Below, piece by piece: positions 1 through 11,849 of a stretch of DNA of 64,000 nt. Origin of the DNA: Octopus vulgaris (taxonomy: Eukaryota); assembly GCA_951406725.2 (NCBI GenBank), contig OX597825.1:3534001-3598000 (forward strand), given 5' to 3'. The position numbers were made by a program, and so were the translations under genes. The notes under the pieces were generated by a model. That model had not been told where the DNA came from, searched no databases, and saw only the letters and a list, made by a program, of their open reading frames with translations. Each line of letters opens with the position of its first letter. The stretch's first letter is position 1.

Positions 1-489
1 AATTTACGGGCACTTTGCGATGGATCTGAATCGACGGTGGCTTTCAGTTCGTCATTATCTATCTTTGTTCCTGGTCGACCTCGATGCTCATTTGTAAGGA
101 CAAAATGACCAGAACGAAATTTTGAAAACCCATCTGATACTATCTTCTGTGTAATAACATTAGAATTAAACACTCCATTAATATTCCGAGCTGTCTATGA
201 TGCTGTATTTTCAGGTTAGAACTCATATTTCAAAACTCTACGAATTTCCGTCTTATCCATACCTAAACAAAATAGGAGAAAATGATTTATAAATATTTTA
301 TGAAGCGCAAAATGAGTTAGCATTTTAAAAGATAGATGCGTCAGCTAAAGATGGTCAAAATATAACAATGACGCAAAATGAGCGGCTGTCAAAATCTAGC
401 ATATACCTTACTACAATTCATACTTGACGACCTAACATATTAAATTTTACTCCGCTAGGAACCCTAACAATAGACTCACCGTCCTTAAT

Positions 490-1320
490 ACTGAACTTTG
501 GTGAGAGACTGTGAAGAACCGAATGCATATCCTCCATAATTATTACATGAAACCCATAACCTCGAAATATATTTTTCACAAGAACTCAGCGTTGACACAC
601 AAGTTGAAAAAATAAACATACTGAGAGTAGAATAAGTAGCGATAATGAACAACCTGTCCCCAATTATGAAACAAAGAAACATGCACAGAACATCATGCAC
701 TGCATGTAATTATCTGGATATGATCAGGAAGATAGTGTTCGGGTATACAAGGGTGGTAGAAAGACTTCAGATAAAGTTATATGTAAGGAAACCAGTGGTA
801 CCTGCTCTAGATATAGAAGTAAGGAGTGAAATACTATACAATGAGTTTGTTAAAATGCAAACTGGGTGAACATGTGGTACGAGAGCGACAAATATCAAGG
901 AATGAAGTTTGTAGATCCTACAGCCCATGGAGAACTAGCCTGTTGATTTAGAAAAACTGTGAAGGAGACCAAATTCTACATTAAGATCGTTGGAAAGCCA
1001 AGAAGCTCCATCAGCTCATAACTATGTAGCGCATAACCCTTTGAGAATGCCACATGCACTAATGATAACTGAATGGAATGTAGCAATAACTTTGGGTTTA
1101 AATGTGGAACTAGAAATGTAGTCTAGTGCATAATGAGTATAGAAGGTGCTTGTAAAGACAAGAACATGATATACACAGGTAAGGTATTGCGGATAGACTA
1201 AAGGAACATTTGAGACAATGTGACAACAAAAAGCAGTCCTCTATACTCTACCAACAAACATGGTGGCAACCTAGGTCAACTTGATATCCGAATTTTATCC
1301 AGTTACCCGAAGGACTCAAC
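490..1320 (+). mobile_element. Decayed Penelope-like element: RT thumb, Cys-rich linker and GIY-YIG endonuclease
   Basis: One frame from 872, reading through stops: WYESDKYQGMKFVDPTAHGELAC*FRKTVKETKFYIKIVGKP...PFENATCTNDN*MECSNNFGFKCGTRNVV*CIMSIEGACKDKNMIYTG, then ADRLKEHL. This matches the PLE pattern F(V)P-T-xGEL, CxxC linker, NVVY..YxG..RxxEH. Boundaries approximate. Confidence 0.7.
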
Positions 1321-2008
1321 TCTCGGAAAAATACGGTAGTACGTTTTCATAAATTAAACATCTTCAGTACTAAATAGGACATATACTTAGCAAGTAGTCG
1401 TACCCGTATACTCACAACAATTTATATATATAAATAGGTAGTATAGTAAGTGGGCAGTTATGTAGACATATGTATGCATGTGTGCGTGCGTGCGCGTCTG
1501 TTTATACAGATGTGCGTATGTGAATATATATATATATATATATATACTTATATATTTATATGCATATGTATGCAGGTAAGTGGATAGACATACAGATAGA
1601 TACTACGTTGTTAATATGAACAAGCAAGCTCACATACACACATACATACGCAAAGGAAGCCTGATACACATAGCTATACATACACACGCTTCACACAAGG
1701 ACACATATGGAGACACACATCCATACATATATATATGTATATACACGCGCACATACAGGCACACATACATACATGCACATACGCATCCATACATACATAT
1801 GTGCATGCGCACGCACACTGATCCAAACACGCGCGCACATCGAACAAAAAAGAACGCAGCTCGGATAACGGCCAGAGTCAATGGCTATCTAAAAGGCTGC
1901 CAGACGAAAATTTTAGTAAAAATAAATAAGCAAATGACTGGAAAATTTACCTGTGAATGTGTTAAATAATTAGATATTAAACGAGAATGACACTTCCCAG
2001 ACACAACA

Positions 2009-2065
<57 letters not shown>

Positions 2066-2817
2066 TGTATGTATGTATATATATATATACACCAGTACAT
2101 TAAAAAAACATAACAATTCCTTCATCTACCCTTATGATACACTGACATATTGAGTTTTGGGTTATCCTTCATATTTATTCAAATGCATACATATTTAGAA
2201 GGGTCGAAGATACAGCTAACTAAAATTAATAACATTGAGCATAAGAGCAGCATATTCATACGAATATTGCATACCCTGAAAGCATATTACTTCAGAGAAT
2301 AGCCAATTGTAATGGTAGAACTTGCGGAATAACTTTCAGTAGCAATGGAACCCATTAACATATTGGATATTGTGGATCTTTGAAACCACTCCACTTTATT
2401 AAGCAGAAGCTATACTATTCGATAGATTTCCCTTTTGCGTGATGTCGTTTGGCAATGAAACACTACATATGTTAGGTGAATCACATTTCGGAGCCTACAT
2501 AAAAAACTACATATGACAGCTAGATCAAAACACATGAAATTCACTTATAAACAATACTTACAAACATACAAGACACTGACATATATATAAAACAAAACAA
2601 AAAAAAAAAAGCTAAAAAACACCGAGTATCGCAAGTAGGATTTCGGAAAAGAAAAAAAAAGGAAGAATGTGAAGCTCAATGCTTATATGAATAGAATATT
2701 TTACATATTACTTGTTTTTTCAAATTCGATATGCGGTGAATTCGATGATTCTCATCAAATATTTGTCTGATATAAATCTCCAATGCAAGAGCTAATTTGA
2801 TAAAGTTCACTTATGTT

Positions 2818-2848
<31 letters not shown>

Positions 2849-2972
2849 GAACACACATAGGTTCGTATGTGAGTGTGTGTTTATGTATGTATACAAGTTT
2901 GTAAGTATATATAAGCAATGCACGTTTATGCGTGTATATATACATATATACCAATGCATATATACATATGTA

Positions 2973-3032
<60 letters not shown>

Positions 3033-3045
3033 TATATACACATAC

Positions 3046-3088
<43 letters not shown>

Positions 3089-4130
3089 TATAAACATAGA
3101 TATATACACACATATAGTAAAGCATTTTGGTTTGTGCTTGTGCTTGCGTGTGTACGTGTGTGTACGTGTGTGTGTACGTGTGTGTGCGTGTGTGTGTGTG
3201 CCTTTACCATCACCGAATATATCTTGGTCTTCATCGATGGCACACTATTGCTTTCCGTATCTGATTCTCCCAACCACCTACGCACATAACTCATACTGTT
3301 TCTTTGTAGAAAATTGTTATTTTTTCTCATTTCACAAGTGGTTATTGATGTGTATCAGTCTCGAGCAGGATTCGAAACAGCTAATAAAAGCGGCCGTTGT
3401 TTACATCACAGTTTTGTTAATCAAAATAACACATGGTGCCAGGGCATCCAGACATTGTTCGCATAGAATTATGAGATGTAAGCCTTAGTTTGAAATTTTG
3501 CAACCCTAAAGATTCCACTCGCGCATTCACAGCAAACATGACACAGTGTCAAATTTTAGATCGTATCGTTTTATTTTTACCCAATGAACTCCAGTAATCT
3601 TAAAATTAGTGTCGACCAAACAGAAAATATCGTCTATAAAGACGTTTTGTAATCATATTGATATTATCGAAAACAATATGCTTTATAATGTAAATAACGA
3701 CATTTGTGAACTTTGAATGCATAAGAGTAAAAACAAGCGTAAAATAATTTAAACAACTACAATAAATGTATATCTAAATAACATTCTTGCTTTAATACTT
3801 TTTTATGTAGTGGTCGTAGGAAGACCTGGCTTTTGTTAGGAGTGGTCCGCATCATCGTTCATGTTATAGAAGCCGGGAGCATATTTCTTCATCCCACATC
3901 ATTTAGTCGCAAACACGTCATATACCTGCAACAAAATGATGTATAGCCAATAGTAATGTGATTTCTCTAAGACATCACCCACTAACCTATCAAGTCTATC
4001 TACACAGTTCTCTCTACATTTTGCTGTTATGACATCCCACCCAGAATCCTGGGCTTCGCATATTTTATCCCAGTGTCACCTTGAATGTATGCATTGCGCT
4101 CTCACTCAATAATAACAGTATTAATAATAA

Positions 4131-4303
4131 TCCTTTCTACTATAGGCACACGGCCTGACATTTTGTGGGAAGGGACAAGTCGATTTAATCGGTTCCAATG
4201 TTTCACGGACATTTAATTTGTCGACCACTAACGGATGGAAAGGTACAGTTGACCAAGGCAGAATTTGATTTGGAACCAAAAAGTAGCGACGGGTGAAATA
4301 CCC
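4131..4303 (-). mobile_element. tRNA-derived SINE, diverged, TCCTTTCTACTATAGGCAC-tail variant
   Basis: Shares the central block (gtcgat...atcgacc...ggatgaaagg...gtcgacc..ggcagaatttga) with the copies at 4304, 28424, 52731 and 60761. Confidence 0.7.
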
Positions 4304-4500
4304 ATTTCTTTACTACCCACAAGGGGCTAATCACAGGGAGGACAAACAAGGACAGACACACGGATTAAGTCGATTATATCGACCCCAGTGCGTAACTGGT
4401 ACTTAATTTATCGACCCCGAAAGGATGAAAGGCAAAGTCGACCTCGGCGGAATTTGAACTAGAAATGTAACGGCAGACGAAATACCGCTAAATATTTCGT
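4304..4500 (-). mobile_element. tRNA-derived SINE (octopus OR-like family), head truncated
   Basis: Near-identical to 52731-52953 (atcgaccccgaaaggatgaaaggcaaagtcgacctcggcggaatttgaact); B-box-like GTTCAAATTCC on the - strand. Confidence 0.85.
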
Positions 4501-4506
4501 CAAACC

Positions 4507-4568
<62 letters not shown>

Positions 4569-6897
4569 TGTGCGTGTGTGTGTGTGTGTGTAATTAATAT
4601 CCTTTTTAAATAGTTTTATACATGTATTCTCCATCTTTTCCGATTGTACAATATTAATATATTGTGTAGAAACCTTTACCTTAACATCAGAAACTATTTC
4701 ATTAATATATTTCTATATCGTAATTTTGTCTGTCAGATATAATTTCATTATCATAGGAAAATATGTTGAAGTGCTAAAAGTCCTATTAGGAACAGATTAC
4801 TTTTATGAATTAAGAAGGCACTTTCGAACTCATTCTCTCTTAGCTGAACAAAATTAAATTATTTACGTTCTCCATAATGATCCACCTGCTTTATTTCATA
4901 ATTCATTTGGGCCATTTATTACTCGGTTTAGAAATACACGGCTTCGCAGGTCATAACTATAGATTATTTATTTGCCATTGCTCAGTTCACTGCTGGTTCT
5001 TTCAACAAAACAAATCCAAGTGGTTATACAGATAATATGCTAATAATACAAGTCTTTTCTTCGTTTTTATTTATGCCATATGAAGAAGGATTTCGCCTAT
5101 CATATTCCGGGAAGACGCTAGATTTTGTTAATGGAAAATGTACTACAACGTGTGACTACGGTTAGCGAAAAGCTCTTTAAGATACGAAGTAAATATCATG
5201 TTAGGCCAAGATTGAATGATTAAAAAAAAGTGTTTAAAAACGATTCGAACTCGACACAGCTTCATAGCTATCTTCAAAATTTGATTATGTAAGATATCAC
5301 ATTATGTCATTTAGGAAGTGAATATTTAAATCATTTGTTAAAGGCTACAGGAATATTTCTGACGATGCATGTCAACACATAAAAACGGTAATATGTAAAA
5401 ATAGGAAGCAATTAAGTAATCGGGTTTCTAGGGTTCAATTCAAGCACTTAACTTACTTGTGGATGAACAAAAAAATTCTTAACATAAATTCCAATATCTC
5501 AGCATCGAAGCAGATTTTGACCATCAAAGGTAAACTGTGTAAATCTCGAATTGATCTTGGTTTATTTCAAAATTGATCAAAGTGTAATATATTACAATAT
5601 GCGGTTAAGATTTGGCATGATAATTCTTACTTTGTAAGTGACAGAAGCTAAAATGTGGCAGACCACTGAGTTACTTCCAATTCTTGAAATGACTCTCTGA
5701 GGAAAGTCTGTTGAATCCATTATCGGTGTTGGTAGCTCCACTTGATATCCTTTCAGTTTTGCATACATTTCATTTTGTACGACGTCGATATGAAAATATG
5801 TAAGGAATTTGATAAAACAAAAGACTATTATAACAACATCAAAATAATATATAAGTAAGCTGAAGAATGTAATATGCAATTTATTCTGAAAATGTGAAGT
5901 ATTTCGCCATAGAAGATGAGTGGCTTGAAGCTAACTTCCACAATCTGTGCGGGAAATATTGTTAAAAAAATAAGTTTTGAAAAGTAATTCCTTTCTCATA
6001 CCACATAAATGTAAGCGCATATCACAAATATGTTGAAAAATGAAGAGAAAGAATCTGAAAACAAAAATTATGTAAGAAAGATCAACAGAAATTATTACTC
6101 CGTCGGATGTCATTTCTTTCAGTTCTTTTGTATGGTGAAATATATAGTATTAATGAACTGTTCAACTGTTGCAGAAACTGGTATACTTAATAATTGCCAC
6201 GTTCCATGCTTTTATTTTCTCACGGCCAAAGACAAAGAAACTTTAAGATTTGGATACCCCGACCTGGACATATTGGATATAACGGTTGGTTTGGTGGAGA
6301 AAGACCTGCTCTTGGAATAAAGCTTGCACTGATAGTTTGTTTCATTCTTGTCTGATATGGAGGTGTCTCGTTATGTTGTGTTAGTGGGGCTTCAATTTCC
6401 ACGTACGGATTTCACATGCATAGACGCATGACTTTGCACATACACTCCCATTCAGAAATATAAAACCTAAAAATGACAAGAACAATCACCCAAAATAAAT
6501 TGATATATTAGCACCGTATACATGCAGGGGTGCAAACGCGTACACGCTTACACATGTGTTCTCTCTCGTAGATTCTATGCCATCACGAACAGCTGCACAG
6601 ACACGCAGAGAATGGCCTAGATCTTCTCTTTCAAAATCATATAAATATAGAATATGTAAGCTAAGAATATGTAAGCCTTATGTAGGAAATGAAAACAATT
6701 GAAACGTTTGCGGAAGGAAAACAAAAGACTTTGAGGAATTAAGATAAGACATTGACTGCCACAATATTTACTCAAACGAACAATTACTTCATTGATAAGG
6801 ATCCTCGTCTACTTGACAAGAAATAATGAAATAACAGAATCAATTATCTATATCTCTATATATTAAATTTCTCTAGCTCTTCCAATACCTGCATGTC

Positions 6898-6936
<39 letters not shown>

Positions 6937-6960
6937 AACACACACACACTTATATATATA

Positions 6961-6993
<33 letters not shown>

Positions 6994-7061
6994 GGGTGTG
7001 TGTGTATGTATGTGAGTATGTATATGTGTGTGTGTGTGTGTATATATATGTATACATATGT

Positions 7062-7464
7062 GTATAGGTATAAGTGAGATTTTCCTTATTTACCTAAAAC
7101 TCTATTCTTCTATATATTTTTTTATTCTCCCATTTTTTTATTCTCCCATTTTTTGATTCTCCCTTTTTTTATTCTTTTATTTATTCTTCTATCTGATTTA
7201 CCACTGACTCCTTGACCACTCCCCCAAGTATGATTTTTTTGCGCTATGCCTACCCTCAAAAAGTCCCCCACCACCACCCCTTTAAACCTGCCTAAATGTA
7301 TAAATGCCAATACAATTCTTGTTAACTAGCTTCCTGAAGATTTCTCTTGAATGAAACAGTTCTAGTCCTGTAGAAGCTCCTTCTATATAATAAATTATTT
7401 TTACTCTGCTATGTATTGAGTACCTTATTTACTGTGGTTAACCCCGAATCAACCCGGGACCTAC
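7062..7464 (+). mobile_element. Short hammerhead-bearing repeat (Penelope pLTR/retrozyme-like) between TA/CA microsatellites
   Basis: ~400-bp non-microsatellite island flanked by (TA)n/(TG)n and containing a complete hammerhead core at 7328-7378. Confidence 0.55.
7328..7378 (+). ncRNA. Type I hammerhead ribozyme motif
   Basis: AGCTTC-CTGAAGA-tttctcttgaat-GAAACAG-ttctagtc-CTGTA-GAAGCT: 6-bp stem I, canonical CUGANGA/GAAA core, ACAG/CUGU stem III, GUA cleavage triplet. Stem II is weak. Confidence 0.75.
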
Positions 7465-7505
7465 ATATATATATATATATATATATATACATAAACACAC
7501 ACACA

Positions 7506-7574
<69 letters not shown>

Positions 7575-7654
7575 CTATATTCATATATCCATATATATAT
7601 ATATATACATATATACATATATATATACACATATACATACACACACACACACAC

Positions 7655-7698
<44 letters not shown>

Positions 7699-7799
7699 AT
7701 ATACATGTATAAACACACTCACTCTCATCCACACACGCACACACCCACATACATCGATGATAAAGAGACACAGAGAAAGAGAGAGGTTGACTGAATGCG

Positions 7800-8270
7800 G
7801 TAGAAATAACAAATCGGAATATATTTATTGCTGTTGTGACAAGTAAACGAGATTATGGTGAAAATATTGCAGCAGGAATCGAAGGAAAATAATCTACAAA
7901 AGACTAGCATTTCATATTGGTAAATTGCATGTAATTTCTACAATGAGAAGTATGTTTGAAGTGATCTCTATTAGATATCATTGAAATAAGTGTAAACAGC
8001 GACCACAGAATTGGTTTGATAGATGGAGAAATCCTGACATTAGAAAGACAGATTGATCTACAAGCATTTGAGATTGAAATGAAATAAACGAGCTTCATAT
8101 TAACGGAATAAGAAAACAGACATAAAATGCGATGATTTGTAATATGTTGCTAAGTTCGAGTAAGTGGCAAGAATAAGAGACATGGCTACAGATGTCTCGC
8201 CTGGATGAAGACAATATTAAGAGAACAGAGATTGATATACTTCTGCTGGGAGCTACCAGATCAGCTGAGA
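7800..8270 (+). mobile_element. Very old RTE-like LINE C-terminal fragment
   Basis: Broken frames LIDGEILTLERQIDLQAFEIEM and GIRKQT...KWQE*ETWLQMSRLDED resemble RTE YGSETWTL..LEAFEM and RWxGHxxRMDE motifs. Confidence 0.35.
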
Positions 8271-8585
8271 AAAACAGAAATATCCGTTCACACCAACCTA
8301 CGCACACGCAAACAAATCTCCCCACGTGATGTGCACTTCAGCACAGACACACACATACGCACACACAAATATATATATGTCAACAGACAAACAAACATAT
8401 ACAGATATGTAACACACATACACACAAAGACAAACACAAACATACAAACACAGACACACATATATGTAGATATATGGAGATATATTGATATATGTGAACG
8501 TATGAACATGTATATATATATATATATATATATAAGTATAAGTATGTTTATCTCTCTCACTCTCTCTCTCTCTCTCTCTCTCCCT

Positions 8586-8622
<37 letters not shown>

Positions 8623-8699
8623 TGGCGCGAAGGGTAAATAGTCGCAATTTAATATCTTTAATTTCACGCAAGCGCATAGTTTGTTGACGACAAAGTATA

Positions 8700-9200
8700 C
8701 TAAAGTCAGTTGGGCACCGTCTGTGAGAAAACGAGCACCTCCATTAAATTCACTCTTCCAAAAATTTGGAAGTGATATGTTGTACTATTTGACCTTCGTG
8801 CCAGAACCCAGAATACGAAGAGATGACGAACACACAGAACAACTTTTCGCTTGTCGCGTACCCAAAACATGCACCGACCTTTATAAAAATCAAAAATCTC
8901 GTCAACATCAACTTGTTGGGAGTGATCCCTAGTGATGGTGAGATTATGCTTCCACTCATCTTCCCACACAGCCTCACATTAAAGCGGAGGTCTACATCAA
9001 TTGCTTGGAGAAGTTAGTTCTGACTGTGTTAGTAGTTCTGGCTGCTGCAAGGACCTATGCCTGGCAACAGGATACAGCGCCATGCCAGTGAAAATGTGAG
9101 CGACCATATCACACGTAACATCAACTGGTACCAAGCCGTATCGAGGTTTGCCTCTCCTTTGGTTAACATCAGTAGCGTGGAGAGAGTAGTCTGCCATGCA
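8700..9200 (+). mobile_element. Decayed Tc1/mariner-superfamily (maT/DD37D-like) transposase
   Basis: TNTQNN...KIKNLVNINLLGVIPSDGEIMLPLIFPHSLTL, then (frameshifted) YINCLEKLVL..AARTYAWQQDTAPC and DHITRNINW, matching GVITSDGDVMPPFIFP / YVWQQDSAPCH motifs. Confidence 0.75.
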
Positions 9201-9261
9201 TGGGCTATTGCGTATGTTTATGGAAGATTATTATCATTACTATATATTACTGTAAACTCAA

Positions 9262-9670
9262 GAGGATTGGCTGTGTGGTAACTAGCTTGCTTATCAACCA
9301 CATGGTGCCAACATACGCACACGCAGTGGGTTCAGTCCCACTGCGTTGGGCAAGTGTCTTCTGCTATAGCCTCGGGCCAACCAAAGTTTTGTTAGTGGAT
9401 TTTGTAGACGGAAACTGCAAGAAGCCCGTCGTATATATGTATATGGATATATCCGTGTGTGTGTGTTTATGTGTCTCTGTTTGTCACGCCAACATCGCTT
9501 CAAAGCCGATGCTGGTGTGTATACGTCCCCGCAACTTAGCGGTTCGGCCAAAAAACGATAGAAAAAATACTAGGTTTACAGACAATATATCCTGGAGTCG
9601 ATTTGCTCCACTAAAGCCGGTGCTCCAGCATGACCGCACTCAAATTACTGAAATAACTAAAAGAGTGAAA
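9262..9670 (+). mobile_element. tRNA-derived SINE with internal TA/TG tract and LINE-derived tail
   Basis: Colinear with 40464-40903: A-box TGGCTGTGTGG, B-box GGTTCAGTCCC, tail CGGTGCTCCAGCATG...CTGAAA. Confidence 0.85.
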
Positions 9671-9691
9671 ATGTAGGAGTATATACAATTA

Positions 9692-9733
<42 letters not shown>

Positions 9734-9769
9734 CACACATATATATATATATCAGAATGATATATATAA

Positions 9770-9936
9770 TCAAAATCTGACCACGTGTGTACAGTTGGCG
9801 ATTTTTGTCCCTCCGTCTTCTCTTCTTTGGATCTTTCCTTTTCCTATGTTTCTGACGAAGAGCTCCGCTCGAAACGTTAAACCATCCTTCTTTCCTACTA
9901 TACTTGTTCCACGTCCTCGCGCTGTTGTGTTTTCAT

Positions 9937-9941
<5 letters not shown>
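9770..9941 (+). mobile_element. Short hammerhead-bearing element within (TA)n
   Basis: ~170-bp island between TA tracts, related to 42612-42812 and 48205-48428 around TTCTG..GAAGAGC...GCTCGAAAC. Confidence 0.65.
9847..9883 (+). ncRNA. Minimal type I hammerhead ribozyme motif
   Basis: GTTT-CTGACGA-A-GAGC-tcc-GCTC-GAAACGTT-AAAC: intact core, GC-rich stem II, palindromic ACGT stem III (dimer-type), 4-bp stem I. Confidence 0.7.
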
Positions 9942-10010
<69 letters not shown>

Positions 10011-10012
<2 letters not shown>

Positions 10013-10422
10013 GAAGGACTTTGTCCCAAACTTTGGCATCGAGACTTACACAAATGCCAGAACTGGGCGCCACTGCATAGTGCCAAGGACTCCAAATTTG
10101 CCATCAAGATGTAGGACAAGATACTGTGATAGCCTGGGCTTCCGAGGCCCACAGCTCTTCAATATCCTCCCGAAGAACCTAGGAGACCTGCATGGGGTGG
10201 ATGCGTATGTCTTTAAAATAAAACTGGATCTCTTCTTGTCAGGTGCTCCAGATGAACCAACTTCACGGCAGGAGGTGCAGATGAGGGCAGCTGCATCGAA
10301 CTCTCTCATGCACCAGATGGCATTTGCTAAAAAGCATTCGTGAAGTAAAATCCTGTAGCTACACCAAATGGCGGTGCCCCAGCATGGCCACAGCTTGTGA
10401 GCTGAAACTAGATAAAAATAAA
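10011..10422 (+). mobile_element. 3' end of a CR1/L2-like LINE, 5'-truncated, beginning at a (TA)n tract
   Basis: Open frame EGLCPKL(fs)...RTGRHCIVPRTPNLPSRCRTRYCDSLGFRGPQLFNILPKNL..FKIKLDLFLSGAPDEP, a typical RT-LINE C-terminus, followed by a 3' UTR hairpin and A-rich tail. Clade assignment tentative. Confidence 0.75.
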
Positions 10423-10980
10423 TTAAACATCTTTTTAAATATTACCACATTCCTATTCGAGTCTCTCACAGCTACTAGAAAACGTATATTTTCTCTCTAT
10501 TTTTGTGCATTCTTTTCTCTGTCACTCTGACATGTCTGTTTTTCAAGCCCTGTAACCATGTGTATTATTGTTCATCAAGTAATACCAGTTCGCTCTTAGC
10601 CCGAAGGCATTCCAGTCAGCTATATGAGAAGATAAATATATATGAAGACATGGACATAAAACTGTTTAGACCGATAACTACCCGGATGGATGCATTTGGT
10701 GTGAATATAAACAGTCATAAAAATATCTATATACGAACGCACGCTCTCTGCTTAAAAAAAAACTCATAACTTATACGTTTTGAGAAATAAGCTGCAGAGA
10801 ATCTTAGCATATTTCTCTCCCCACGTCATAACCTGATACATGTATATACGCATATGCCTTTATATATTTATTGAGGGATATTTACTTTGTGTGTTTATAT
10901 AGATAAATATAAATAAATATATACACACAGGCACACACACATACACTCATATATATAGATGTAGATATTATATATATATA

Positions 10981-11034
<54 letters not shown>

Positions 11035-11069
11035 CATATATATATATTTATACATATACATATATACAA

Positions 11070-11123
<54 letters not shown>

Positions 11124-11128
11124 GTATA

Positions 11129-11186
<58 letters not shown>

Positions 11187-11369
11187 AAATATAATATAAT
11201 GTAATATTATATTATATTATATATATATATATATAAACAGAATTTGCGGAAGCTATATACACGTAATGGATTGTTAAAAGCAATCCCGATGCAAACTGCG
11301 TTTAACGAAATATATTTATAGGAAGATCCTCAATATTTATATGTATAAACCATCTCATAGAATTAAAAT

Positions 11370-11767
11370 GTCGATAAACGAAAATGGAAGAGAAAAAATA
11401 AGATGCTTATTTCGTATTATTAGTATTACTATCGGAAAAGTAATGCAATTTAAAAGGTGAAAAAAATATACCTATAATAGTATAAAAGGAACCGCCTCAA
11501 CCCACAGGATAAGCCAATAATATAAAATGAAAGAAGGCATTCTACATATGTATGCGTCAATATAATGGTATTTAAGAATCTTCAATAATTATAATAATAT
11601 AATTTTTTTTGATATTTTAAAGTAAGTCTGCTGGTTGAGACGTTTCCTTTTATAATCTTATATGTATACCTTTTCATGTTTTAATTTGCATCAGTTTCCC
11701 AAGCGTGATACAAATAATACAAATCAAGTAACTTTCTAATTTTGCTTCTCCATTTTCGTTTATTGAC
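11370..11767. repeat. Long imperfect inverted repeat (foldback/MITE-like)
   Basis: Arm 11370-11510 is reverse-complementary to 11622-11767: gtcgataaacgaaaatgg/ccattttcgtttattgac and tataaaaggaaccgcctcaacc/ggttgagacgtttccttttata. Confidence 0.75.
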
Positions 11768-11780
11768 TTTTCCATATTAC

Positions 11781-11849
<69 letters not shown>

